Of a stretch of DNA of 64,000 nt, positions 52,794 to 61,545 are shown piece after piece. Below the pieces are notes generated by a model, which saw only the letters and a list, made by a program, of their open reading frames with translations, was not told the origin of the DNA and made no database searches. Every line of letters starts with the position of its first letter. Positions within the stretch are counted from its first letter, which is position 1. Source of the DNA: a bacterium. Lineage in GTDB: Bacteria; Babelota; Babeliae; Babelales; Babelaceae. The stretch lies in assembly GCA_021827715.1 (NCBI GenBank), contig JAKAUO010000019.1:3290-67289 (forward strand), in the 5' to 3' direction. The position numbers were made by a program, and so were the translations under genes.

Positions 52794-54248
52794 TTAATTT
52801 TGCAAAGTACGCTCAAGTTCTTGCAAAATATGTTCAAGCTGACTGTCATTCTTTTTATGGGCATCAATTTTTTCGTAAGCATGTAACACGGTCGAATGAT
52901 CCTTTCTTGATAAGAATGCACCAATTTCCTTCAGAGACCTATCCGTATGCTTTTTCATCAAATAAAAGGCAATATGTCGCGCCTTTGATAGTTCCTTATC
53001 TCGCTTTTCAGAGCGCAATTCTGCAAGCGTTACATTAAAATGATTCATTACTGATCGCACCACTTTGGGTAAATCAAGCGCCTGACGTGATTGATAGGAC
53101 GAATTCTTAAAAAGAACTTTATCCACAAGTTCTTGTGTAATAGGCTGCCTTGTCAATGAAGCACAGGCAAGAACACGAATAAGAGCGCCCTCTAATTCGC
53201 GAATACTGGACGTTGCAGACTGTGCAATACATTCTGCAATCGCATCAGTAATAACTTCATTATGCATTTCCGCTTTCTTTTTTAAAATGGCAATCTTTGT
53301 TTCCAAGGTTGGCATACAAATATCAGCAACTAGTCCCCATTCTAATCGAGAACGCATCCGCTGCGCTAAACCGGCAATATCGCCAGGCAACGCATCACTG
53401 GTGCATACAATTTGTTTTTGTGTTTGATGCAAGGTATTAAAAATATGAAAAAAAGCCTCTTGCGTCTGCTCTTTATGAGAAATAAATTGAATATCATCCA
53501 TTAAAAGAACATCTATATTTTTATATTTTGCTTCAAAAATATGCGTTTTATTAAATCGAATAGCATGAATAAATTCTTGTACAAAACGATCTGCAGTTTG
53601 ATATACAATAATCGCTTTTTTATTATTTTTTTTAATGGCATGGCCTATAGCATGCAAAAGGTGTGTTTTGCCCAAACCTGAAGGCCCATACATAAAAAAT
53701 GGATTATAGAGTATTCCAGGCTTTTCAGCAGCAGCTACTGCGGCAGCATAAGCAAGAGAATTACTCGGGCCCACCACAAAAGTATCAAATGTGTAGATTT
53801 CATGGAACATGGCACGGGCAGATGACTTTTCATTGCTTCTTACAACGGTACGAATTGAACCTTTTACTAATTCATGTCTTGAATGGCCCGTACTATGGGC
53901 CGTAGTGTGCGACACTGAAATGGGCTGAAGACCCGGAATAACCTGCGCAGGGATTATCGTTGGCGCACAATCTTCGTGCTTTTTTGATGATTCTTGAGGC
54001 ATACTATCAACAAATTGAATAGTAATTGTTTGTTCGCCTAAAAGACGTGCTAAATGTTTCTGCAAAAGAGGCAGATAATGTTTAACGATCCAATCTTTAA
54101 TAAAGTGATTCGGCGCCTTTAAATAGATGATTTTCTTATGCGTATCCCAAAAAAGACATGATATGGCCTTAAACCACGTTTCAACAACGGGGCTGCCTGC
54201 CTCTTCACGCGCAATAGCTAAAAATTCACGCCAAATCTGGTTGACCAC
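52794..54248 (-). CDS. dnaA: chromosomal replication initiator DnaA
   Basis: GPSGLGKTHLLHAIG, LLMDDIQF, IRELEGAL, HSTVLHAYEKI. GTG start with an AAGAGG RBS. Confidence 0.93.
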   Translation of the reverse strand: MVNQIWREFLAIAREEAGSPVVETWFKAISCLFWDTHKKIIYLKAPNHFIKDWIVKHYLPLLQKHLARLLGEQTITIQFVDSMPQESSKKHEDCAPTIIPAQVIPGLQPISVSHTTAHSTGHSRHELVKGSIRTVVRSNEKSSARAMFHEIYTFDTFVVGPSNSLAYAAAVAAAEKPGILYNPFFMYGPSGLGKTHLLHAIGHAIKKNNKKAIIVYQTADRFVQEFIHAIRFNKTHIFEAKYKNIDVLLMDDIQFISHKEQTQEAFFHIFNTLHQTQKQIVCTSDALPGDIAGLAQRMRSRLEWGLVADICMPTLETKIAILKKKAEMHNEVITDAIAECIAQSATSSIRELEGALIRVLACASLTRQPITQELVDKVLFKNSSYQSRQALDLPKVVRSVMNHFNVTLAELRSEKRDKELSKARHIAFYLMKKHTDRSLKEIGAFLSRKDHSTVLHAYEKIDAHKKNDSQLEHILQELERTLQN

Positions 54249-54314
54249 ACAAACCTCTTAAATATTTTTTAGATGCTCTTCAATGTACCAGAACTACTGC
54301 TGTTTCTCAATAAC

Positions 54315-55190
54315 TCATGTAAGTATCTTTTTGCCCGCCATTAAAGCGCGTGACCACCCATTATGGACACGTGGTTGCGCAGTGCAATCACCCACTACCT
54401 TGCAGTGTAATTCATACTCGGGCCGAACGCGCAGAATATATCCATCAAAAGTCATTTCAGTTACAGAATTCAAAAATTGTGAATCGGGGCTACTGCCTAA
54501 AGCGAGTAATACCATATCCACGCGCACAACACGAGTATCGAGGGTTAACACAAATTCGTTCGTGTCTCTTGTGCAGGTAATTACCTTGGACGAACAGATC
54601 ATCTTAATGGCTGCACCATTCAAAGTATCTTCTAAATTCTTTTGAATGTCTTCAGATTCTAAAGAAAGAATTTTTGGCTCTTTTTCAAAAAGAGTTACTT
54701 CAAGGCCCCGTTGCCTGCAAGCAAACGCGGCTTCAACCCCGCTTAAGCCGCCCCCAATAATTGCAACCGAAGTAATGTTTGTGCTTGCACTATACTTGGT
54801 AATATCTTCAACATCATCAAGCGTATGATAAGTAAAAACCCCTTTATGAAGATACGTTTTAAATAATTCAGGAACTCTCGGACGAGTTCCAATACCAATA
54901 ATTATCGTATCATAGCCAAATACTTGCCCATTGTGCGTTACCACCATTTTTTGATCAGGATCAATTTCTACCACCCTCTGCTGCAGATACAGTTGTGCAT
55001 GTGCCGGCAGTTTTAAAAATGTCTGTTCCTTCGGCCATACACCGGCTAAAACATGTTTAATGGAACAGGTATTATTGGGGTATTCACGTTGTTGCGTAAG
55101 AATAAGTAACTCTGCTTGAGGGTCATGTTTTGCTAAGGTATGTGCTGCTGAAACACAGGCTGCCGAAGCGCCTATAAAAATATATCTCAT
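54315..55190 (-). CDS. FAD/NAD(P)-dependent pyridine nucleotide-disulfide oxidoreductase (short form, 291 aa)
   Basis: MRYIFIGASAACVSAA and VAIIGGGLSGVEAAFA dinucleotide motifs. Lacks a C-terminal dimerisation domain. Confidence 0.7.
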   Translation of the reverse strand: MRYIFIGASAACVSAAHTLAKHDPQAELLILTQQREYPNNTCSIKHVLAGVWPKEQTFLKLPAHAQLYLQQRVVEIDPDQKMVVTHNGQVFGYDTIIIGIGTRPRVPELFKTYLHKGVFTYHTLDDVEDITKYSASTNITSVAIIGGGLSGVEAAFACRQRGLEVTLFEKEPKILSLESEDIQKNLEDTLNGAAIKMICSSKVITCTRDTNEFVLTLDTRVVRVDMVLLALGSSPDSQFLNSVTEMTFDGYILRVRPEYELHCKVVGDCTAQPRVHNGWSRALMAGKKILT

Positions 55191-55300
55191 AATTATAGAA
55201 TACCATAAAGATTTTCTTATATCTTGCCTTTTTATCCAAGTTTTGTGTAACTTTATAAGTGATGTTTAAAAATTACACAATTTCTTGGGAGGTCTTTTAT

Positions 55301-56461
55301 ATGTTTATACAGCGTGAAATTACCGATTATGTTATTAAATTTTCAGAATTTTTCCCTGTTTTAGCGATCCTCGGACCGAGACAATCAGGAAAAACTACCC
55401 TTGCCCAGCATATCTTCAAGAACTACCATTACATAAATCTTGAAAACTTAGATATACGGGAAGCGGCATTGCTCGATCCAAGGGGTTTTCTTGAAAAATT
55501 ATTACATTTCCCTGGGGTTATTATTGATGAATTTCAAAATGCGCCAACCCTTCTTTCTTATATGCAGGTTATTGTCGATCGCGAAAAACGACAAGGTTTT
55601 TTTATCCTGACCGGATCTCAAAATTTTCTCATGAATCAATCCATAAGCCAGTCACTTGCAGGCAGAGTTGGTATTCTCACCTTACTTCCTCTTTCAAATA
55701 GCGAAATTAAAAATGCAGGGCTCCAGGCAAAATTTAGTGAAAATGCCATTTTTAAGGGATGTTATCCCCGTATCTTTGAAAAAAATAAACTCGAACCGGA
55801 ATATGTATACCCATCTTACATTCAAACCTATATTGAACGAGACGTTCGATCCATTATAAAAGTGAGCGATCTTACCCTCTTTAAGAAATTTTTAGGTTTG
55901 TGCGCAGCACGTATAGGTCAACTTTTAAATATCTCTGCGCTCGCCACTGAATGTGGAATGAGCATGCAAACAGTTAATTCATGGCTTTCAATTTTACAAG
56001 CAAGCTATATCATATTTTTATTACAACCTTATCATAATAATTTTAATAAAAGGCTGGTAAAAAGTTCAAAGCTCTTTTTTTATGATACAGGTGTAGTATC
56101 ATCGCTGCTTGGTATCGAAACCGTTGAACAATTAGAACAACATTATCTGCGGGGTTCACTTTTTGAAAACTTCATTATTGCGGATATACAAAAGCAATTT
56201 TTTAATAGAGCAAAAAATCCTTCTATCTATTTTTGGCGAGACAGCCACGGCCATGAGGTTGATTGCATTATTGAGAAAGGGACAACTCTTATACCTATAG
56301 AGATCAAAGCAGGCATGACTTTCGATAAAAATTTTATTAAGGGCTTGACCTATTGGCAAGAACTTTCTGGGAAAACAAATGGTATGCTTATATACGGCGG
56401 AGATGAAGAATTGCATATTAAAGATTGCGATATTCAAGGTTGGAAGAACTTCAAAGTTTAA
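55301..56461 (+). CDS. AAA ATPase of the COG1373 type (AAA_14 + DUF4143-like)
   Basis: ILGPRQSGKTTLA, VIIDEFQ, C-terminal WRDSHGHEVDCIIE. Start set at ATG 55301 (GGGAGG RBS). Confidence 0.75.
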   Translation: MFIQREITDYVIKFSEFFPVLAILGPRQSGKTTLAQHIFKNYHYINLENLDIREAALLDPRGFLEKLLHFPGVIIDEFQNAPTLLSYMQVIVDREKRQGFFILTGSQNFLMNQSISQSLAGRVGILTLLPLSNSEIKNAGLQAKFSENAIFKGCYPRIFEKNKLEPEYVYPSYIQTYIERDVRSIIKVSDLTLFKKFLGLCAARIGQLLNISALATECGMSMQTVNSWLSILQASYIIFLLQPYHNNFNKRLVKSSKLFFYDTGVVSSLLGIETVEQLEQHYLRGSLFENFIIADIQKQFFNRAKNPSIYFWRDSHGHEVDCIIEKGTTLIPIEIKAGMTFDKNFIKGLTYWQELSGKTNGMLIYGGDEELHIKDCDIQGWKNFKV

Positions 56462-56495
56462 AAATTGCACAAAATTGCTATAATAAAAACATAAT

Positions 56496-56667
56496 GCGCC
56501 CGTAGCTCCCAGCCTACGCGCAAGGCTTCGGCGGGCAGGCAATTGGATAGTTCCTGAAATTCAAGTAAAATATAAACATACGCGCCCGTAGCTCCCAGCC
56601 TACGCGCAAGGCTTCGGCGGGCAGGCAATTGGATAGTTCCTGAAATTCAAGTAAAATATAAACATAC
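56496..56667 (+). repeat. perfect 86-bp tandem repeat x2, each unit a truncated tRNA-Arg 5' fragment split by a 32-nt GC-rich insert
   Basis: Unit: gcgcccgtagctc + ccagcctacgcgcaaggcttcggcgggcaggc + aattggatag + ttcctgaaattcaagtaaaatataaacatac. The intact tRNA starts at 56668 in the same phase. A TGcTATAAT extended -10 lies at 56476-56484. Confidence 0.9.
56629..56657 (+). promoter_or_regulatory. sigma70-like promoter for tRNA-Arg built from repeat-unit sequence
   Basis: TTGGAT (56629-56634), 17-nt spacer, TAAAAT (56652-56657). The tRNA 5' end lies 11 nt downstream. The same arrangement occurs in unit 1. Confidence 0.4.
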
Positions 56668-56744
56668 GCGCCCGTAGCTCAATTGGATAGAGTGCCGGAC
56701 TTCGAATCCGTAGGTTGCAGGTTCGAGCCCTGCCGGGCGCACCA
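56668..56744 (+). tRNA. tRNA-Arg (anticodon TCG), CCA encoded
   Basis: GCGCCCGTAGCTCAATTGGATAGAG...CTTCGAA...GGTTCGAGCCCTGCCGGGCGCACCA. Confidence 0.88.
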
Positions 56745-56821
56745 GCCTACGCCTGTGTAGGGCTACGGCTGGGTGAACCACGGCATAGCTGCATAGCAGC
56801 GACGACGGGCGGGCCAGTTTT
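56745..56821 (+). repeat. 76-77-nt GC-rich trailer after tRNA-Arg(TCG) (family 2)
   Basis: Identical to the reverse complement of 61393-61466 except for a 2-nt indel (ctgtgtaggg vs ctgtaggg). Ends in GGCCAGTTTTT. Confidence 0.85.
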
Positions 56822-56941
56822 TATCAGAAAAAGGTCACAATCAATTGTCTTATGATGAATGCATGAAGCTCATAAAAGATATTATTTCAATTGTTGAGCG
56901 AGCTATACGGAATAAGCCGCATACACCGGGATTTATTGTTG

Positions 56942-57298
56942 TTATCGTTTTGCAAGCTCGTTTTGAATTTTCAGCATAATCTGATTAATGCCTGCAAGCT
57001 TTGTCTTTGTTTCTTCGCGTAAAATAATAGTTGTATATTCGGTTTGGGTAAGCTTCTTTCGAGCTTTTTGTGCCACGTGGTGCGAACGTTGTAAAAAAAT
57101 TCTGCATTCATCATTTTTTTGCTCAAGGTGCATTAAACGTTCATGGAGCTCAAGTTCGTGAAGATTTTGTCTATAAGAGCGAAACTGCATGCCAGAAACC
57201 AAAAACTTTAAAAGTGATGGAGCTTTAGGAAAAATGGGCATCACCGAATGATGACAAAAAAATACACTTATAAGTGTAACAAGAATTCCTTTTTTCAT
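56942..57298 (-). CDS. hypothetical secreted/anchored coiled-coil protein (118 aa)
   Basis: N-terminal hydrophobic segment. No recognisable domain. Confidence 0.45.
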   Translation of the reverse strand: MKKGILVTLISVFFCHHSVMPIFPKAPSLLKFLVSGMQFRSYRQNLHELELHERLMHLEQKNDECRIFLQRSHHVAQKARKKLTQTEYTTIILREETKTKLAGINQIMLKIQNELAKR

Positions 57299-57468
57299 AA
57301 ACTCTCCTGGTGTAAAGCGCTACGTCCTTTTATAATCACTTTAGTATACAAAAGGCATTTTAGTTTTACTAGCAGATGTTAATACAAAAAAGCCATATGA
57401 GAAAAATTCTATATTTTAAAACATCTATATTTATATAATAAAAACAGGAGAACTAAGGAGAACGGACA

Positions 57469-58269
57469 ATGTTAAAACAATTTATTCTTACCCTATTGTG
57501 TTTATGTACTATACAAAACCTTTCAGCGGTCAGCAAAAAAGAGATTGAAACCATTGGTCAAAAAATTTGGCAGAATGAAGCAAAATGCGAAGAAGAACTT
57601 CTTGTATTTTGGAACAAAAATGAATCGTTCCCTTCATTGGGCATTGGCCATAATATCTGGTTTCCCGAAGGTTGGCTTACAAAAAATCCTGATGTGAGAT
57701 TTACAGAAAGTTTTCCCCTACTATGTAATTATTTAGAAAAAAATAAGGTGGTTCTTCCTGCTTGGTTAAAAAAAGCAAAAAATAGTGGCGCTCCCTGGAA
57801 ATCTCGTGAAGACTTTTATAAAGACGAACAACGGTTACAAGAATTACGGACTCTTTTGGTAAAAACTACCGCATTACAAGCTCATTATATGATCGACCGG
57901 CTTGAAGAAAAATTACCAAAAATTATAGAAAAAGCGCCTATCAGTCAACGAAAAAAAATAAGTAAAAATATTACTTTGATGCGATCAACGTTTTTAGGAA
58001 CCTACGCATTAGTCGATTATCTCAATTTTAAAGGCGATGGACTTAATTCAAGAGAAGCAACTAAAGGTCAAGGGTGGGGATTACTTGCCGTATTACTTGA
58101 TATGCCAGACAATCTGAATAAAAATAATGTAACGAAAGCGTTCACGGTATCAGCAGCAAAAAAACTTATAACCCGCATTGAAAATTCGGCACCCTATTAT
58201 GCACCTCTAGTGTTTTTTGAAGGCTGGATGAAACGAATAAGCACCTATAGTGAAGAAAAAGCATGTTAA
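57469..58269 (+). CDS. hypothetical secreted protein (266 aa), probably co-transcribed with the GH3 gene
   Basis: aaggag RBS and signal peptide. 20-nt overlap with the downstream GH3 gene. Confidence 0.5.
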   Translation: MLKQFILTLLCLCTIQNLSAVSKKEIETIGQKIWQNEAKCEEELLVFWNKNESFPSLGIGHNIWFPEGWLTKNPDVRFTESFPLLCNYLEKNKVVLPAWLKKAKNSGAPWKSREDFYKDEQRLQELRTLLVKTTALQAHYMIDRLEEKLPKIIEKAPISQRKKISKNITLMRSTFLGTYALVDYLNFKGDGLNSREATKGQGWGLLAVLLDMPDNLNKNNVTKAFTVSAAKKLITRIENSAPYYAPLVFFEGWMKRISTYSEEKAC

Positions 58270-59920
58270 AAAAAGTTTTTATTTTACTGCCTACTTTGCT
58301 ATAAGCACTCTTGTTGCACAGCAAGCACTAGATCCAGAAAAAACGCTTGAGCAATTAACACTGCGCGAAAAAATTGGTCAACTGTTTATGGTAGCTGCAG
58401 CATCAAATTTTAATGCGCCGACAGAACAACTTGCAAGCTTAATGCAAACATGCCCCTATACGATGGAACAGGACCATGTCATGAAAATGATCACCGACCA
58501 TCATGTTGGTGGCGTTATCTTTTTATATAAAAGTGATCCTATAACCCAAATGACACTTACCCAAAAATTTCAAGATGTTGCACAAGTACCGCTCCTTATA
58601 GCACAAGACAGCGAATGGGGCTTAAGTATGCGTTTGGATAATGATCCTACAAAAGTTGTCCGCTATCCTCGCGCTATGACACTCGGTGCTCTTCATGATA
58701 GACAAAAAATATATGATGTTGGCTATGAAATCGGGAAACAGTGTGCCGCTATTGGCGTACATATGAACCTAGCACCCGTTGCTGATATCAACAATAATAG
58801 ACGGAACCCTGTCATACATGATCGTTCTTTTGGTAACAATCCATTAAAAGTCGCCCAGAGAGCAGCACTTTTTGCTAAGGGATTACAAGATGCTGGTGTT
58901 CTTGCGTGTGCAAAACATTTTCCTGGGCACGGTGACACAGAAGTTGATTCACATCTGGATTTGCCGGTTATTAAACATAATCGCGAACGTTTTAAAACAA
59001 CTGAGTTACTACCCTTTCAACACGTGGCGCATCAACGCATTGATGCAATTATGCATGCACATATTTGTGTGCCTGCACTCGATGCAACAGGAAAACCATC
59101 AAGCCTATCGTACCCTATTGTTACCGGACTTCTTAAAAAAGAACTTAACTTTAATGGTCTTTCCATTACTGATGGTCTAGGTATGGATGCTGTGCGCAAA
59201 AATTATGCATCAGGTCAACTTGAACTTGAAGCATTTTTAGCAGGCAATGATTTGTTGCTTTGTCCACTTGATGTTCCCCAAGCCATGCAGAACATTGAAC
59301 AAGCTATTACCCATGGCGACGTTGATGAAGATGACCTAAATCAACGTGTACTTAAAATATTAAAAGCCAAAGCACGAGCTTTTGCACAGAGCAAAGCTTA
59401 CTTTTTTCAAGAAGCGCAAGCTTATCTTATACGTCCGCAGGCGTATGAACTTCAAAAAGATTTGTATCGCTCTGCCATTACATTGCTTACCTATAATAAT
59501 CAACTCCATTTTGATACCAACTTTTTTGATGAAAGCTGTATCATTCAAATAGGCGCACTCCCCGAAGACTATTTCAAAAATAGTTGCAGACACTATGGCA
59601 AAAAAGTTATTACCGGCTCAGTTTTACCTGAAGCTGCAGCAGATCATGATACGGTTGTTATTGCCATTGGCGACATGAATAAATTTGTTGATAAACAATT
59701 CGGTATTACTGACACACTGCTTGATGACATCAAACAATTAAAGAAAATTGGTAAAAAAGTTATTGTAGCTCTTTTTGGTACGCCGTATAGCATTCCCTTA
59801 TTTAAAGATGTCGATGCAATTATTGAAGCATATGAAGATGTACCGGTAGCCCAAGAGGCAGTTGTTGATACACTTCGTGGCATACTCAAACCAACAGGGA
59901 CATTGCCGATAATGCTTTAA
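58250..59920 (+). CDS. secreted glycoside hydrolase family 3 (NagZ-like beta-N-acetylhexosaminidase) with a C-terminal alpha/beta domain
   Basis: KHFPGHGDTEVDSHLDLP, SDSEWGL-like AQDSEWGL, ITDGLGM. GTG start and signal peptide. Confidence 0.85.
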   Translation: MKKKHVKKSFYFTAYFAISTLVAQQALDPEKTLEQLTLREKIGQLFMVAAASNFNAPTEQLASLMQTCPYTMEQDHVMKMITDHHVGGVIFLYKSDPITQMTLTQKFQDVAQVPLLIAQDSEWGLSMRLDNDPTKVVRYPRAMTLGALHDRQKIYDVGYEIGKQCAAIGVHMNLAPVADINNNRRNPVIHDRSFGNNPLKVAQRAALFAKGLQDAGVLACAKHFPGHGDTEVDSHLDLPVIKHNRERFKTTELLPFQHVAHQRIDAIMHAHICVPALDATGKPSSLSYPIVTGLLKKELNFNGLSITDGLGMDAVRKNYASGQLELEAFLAGNDLLLCPLDVPQAMQNIEQAITHGDVDEDDLNQRVLKILKAKARAFAQSKAYFFQEAQAYLIRPQAYELQKDLYRSAITLLTYNNQLHFDTNFFDESCIIQIGALPEDYFKNSCRHYGKKVITGSVLPEAAADHDTVVIAIGDMNKFVDKQFGITDTLLDDIKQLKKIGKKVIVALFGTPYSIPLFKDVDAIIEAYEDVPVAQEAVVDTLRGILKPTGTLPIML

Positions 59921-59921
59921 T

Positions 59922-61316
59922 TTATGAGATCATTTCATCAAGTAGCGGGTCAAGGTAGCGCAGGAGCGACTTCGCTCTATTGTGCCATATGCCCTCTTTT
60001 TTAAGATGCAGCAGCTGCTTTACTTCACGTGCATATCTTGCAGTATCGCCACCAAAAGTTGTTATATATTCGCGAATGAAGGGCTCATAAAAATCATTAA
60101 ACCATTTCCGGGTATCAACCTTTTTTGTTCTGATATTGGTTTCAAATATCAAGTTCCAGGGGAAGCCAAAAAAGGGAAATAGCAAAAGATAGCCTAAATC
60201 GATTGCCGGGCTCATAGGGCGCAAGATAGATTTACCCAACCGATCCAGATCTATCCAATATACACGATCTGTCAGTTCATCGTAGAAAATATTTTTTGGA
60301 TGCAAATCGCCATGCACCATGGTCATCCCCAAAAGAGAGCTGCTATCTGGCTTACCCTGTTCATTTTTCATAAACGCTTTATGAAAGTTCGCCAGAGTTT
60401 TTGCGCTCGCAGTATATGCTTTTTGTAATCGCATTTTATTACTATCTGACGGGTTATCTTTATAGGCATTCATATACGAATAAAGATCTGATCCAGAAGC
60501 CTTGGGTGTTATGGTAATAATATGTTTTCTTCGCCAACGGTAATACTCTAAGGTTGCAACCGGTAATGCCAGTATAGGAAAATCAGCCATGTAAGCGGGT
60601 GCGCTATATTTTTTTAATGGGTTGTATCGTGCTGCAATCGCTACATTAAATGCCTCATTTTTTCCCTTTGCAAGATCTTTGATAATATATTCTTGGCCCG
60701 TCTTTTGATTTTTAACCAAAAACAATTGCTTGGTTGCCATGCCGCCTTCTTCAGACTTTTTTCCCACAGGATGCAGGTTACGTATTTCAAGTTCCTCGAT
60801 ATGCTCAAATGCAGGGTCAACTATTTTTCCCGTGCTATAGGCCCGCGCTAAAAATGATTGTATCCCTTTATCAGAAAATTTTCCTCTATATGTCTCTTGG
60901 GGAGACACATAGACGCGCTTAATGATTTTATATTTATCATACACAGCAGCAACAAAATCATCGTCAGACTTACTGGATAGACCGCCTGCCGCTTTTAGTG
61001 CTAGAAGAGCATCATGAGTACATTCTTTTTTATCAAGGCAGGTGCGTATAATATCCTGTCCGCTTACTTTTGTATCAGTAATTTTATCAGACTCCTGGAC
61101 AATACAACAGGTACAGGCCGGCTCTATTTGGTTATCCCATGCTGATAAAGCACATGATTCAGAATCTGATACATCGCGTATCTCTTTAATAATCCCAGCA
61201 TCATCATTGAGCACCATAGGCCTATAAGCACCCATAAAACCTTTTTTAAGCATGCTGTAATCATCGGCATATACAAAAAATGGCAGCGCATATGCGCAAT
61301 AGAGCAGTATGATCAT
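59922..61316 (-). CDS. secreted kinase-fold protein (APH/choline-kinase-like)
   Basis: Signal peptide. QEYIIKDL (Lys). MVHGDLHPKNIFYD...VYWIDLDRLG is the Brenner-type HGDxHxxN...IDxD motif. Confidence 0.65.
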   Translation of the reverse strand: MIILLYCAYALPFFVYADDYSMLKKGFMGAYRPMVLNDDAGIIKEIRDVSDSESCALSAWDNQIEPACTCCIVQESDKITDTKVSGQDIIRTCLDKKECTHDALLALKAAGGLSSKSDDDFVAAVYDKYKIIKRVYVSPQETYRGKFSDKGIQSFLARAYSTGKIVDPAFEHIEELEIRNLHPVGKKSEEGGMATKQLFLVKNQKTGQEYIIKDLAKGKNEAFNVAIAARYNPLKKYSAPAYMADFPILALPVATLEYYRWRRKHIITITPKASGSDLYSYMNAYKDNPSDSNKMRLQKAYTASAKTLANFHKAFMKNEQGKPDSSSLLGMTMVHGDLHPKNIFYDELTDRVYWIDLDRLGKSILRPMSPAIDLGYLLLFPFFGFPWNLIFETNIRTKKVDTRKWFNDFYEPFIREYITTFGGDTARYAREVKQLLHLKKEGIWHNRAKSLLRYLDPLLDEMIS

Positions 61317-61392
61317 AATCTTTTCCCATCCAGTCTATAAATAAAGGTATATCGCATTCACTATAGCAAAACAAAAAGGAACATTGGTATAA

Positions 61393-61466
61393 AAACTGGC
61401 CCGCCCGTCGTCGCTGCTATGCAGCTATGCCGTGGTTCACCCAGCCGTAGCCCTACAGGCGTAGGC
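61393..61466 (-). repeat. 74-nt GC-rich trailer after tRNA-Arg(CCT) (family 2)
   Basis: Reverse complement matches 56745-56821. Confidence 0.85.
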
Positions 61467-61543
61467 TGGTGCGCCCGACTGGAATCGAACCAGTGGCCTA
61501 CAGTTTAGGAAACTATCGCTCTATCCTACTGAGCTACGGGCGC
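61467..61543 (-). tRNA. tRNA-Arg (anticodon CCT), CCA encoded
   Basis: Reverse complement reads GCGCCCGTAGCTCAGTAGGATAGAGC...TTCCTAA...GGTTCGATTCCAGTCGGGCGCACCA. The 5' end lies 2 nt downstream of the tlyA stop. Confidence 0.88.
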
Positions 61544-61545
61544 TT

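Noticed and set aside
56156-56542. 128-aa minus-strand ORF starting in the 86-bp repeats
   Set aside because: It is antisense to the well-supported COG1373 ATPase gene, and its N-terminus is repeat or pseudo-tRNA sequence.
56496-56667. Possible CRISPR array
   Set aside because: There are only two units, they are identical over the whole 86 bp (no unique spacers), and they are clearly derived from the neighbouring tRNA. No cas genes are present in the window.
56863-56979. 38-aa plus-strand ORF (MKLIKDIISIVERAIRNKPHTPGF...) after the tRNA-Arg trailer, with a protein-like upstream extension (LSEKGHNQLSYDEC)
   Set aside because: It is short, has no RBS and overlaps the 3' end of the minus-strand gene 56942-57298. 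It could be a gene relic, but there is not enough evidence to call it.
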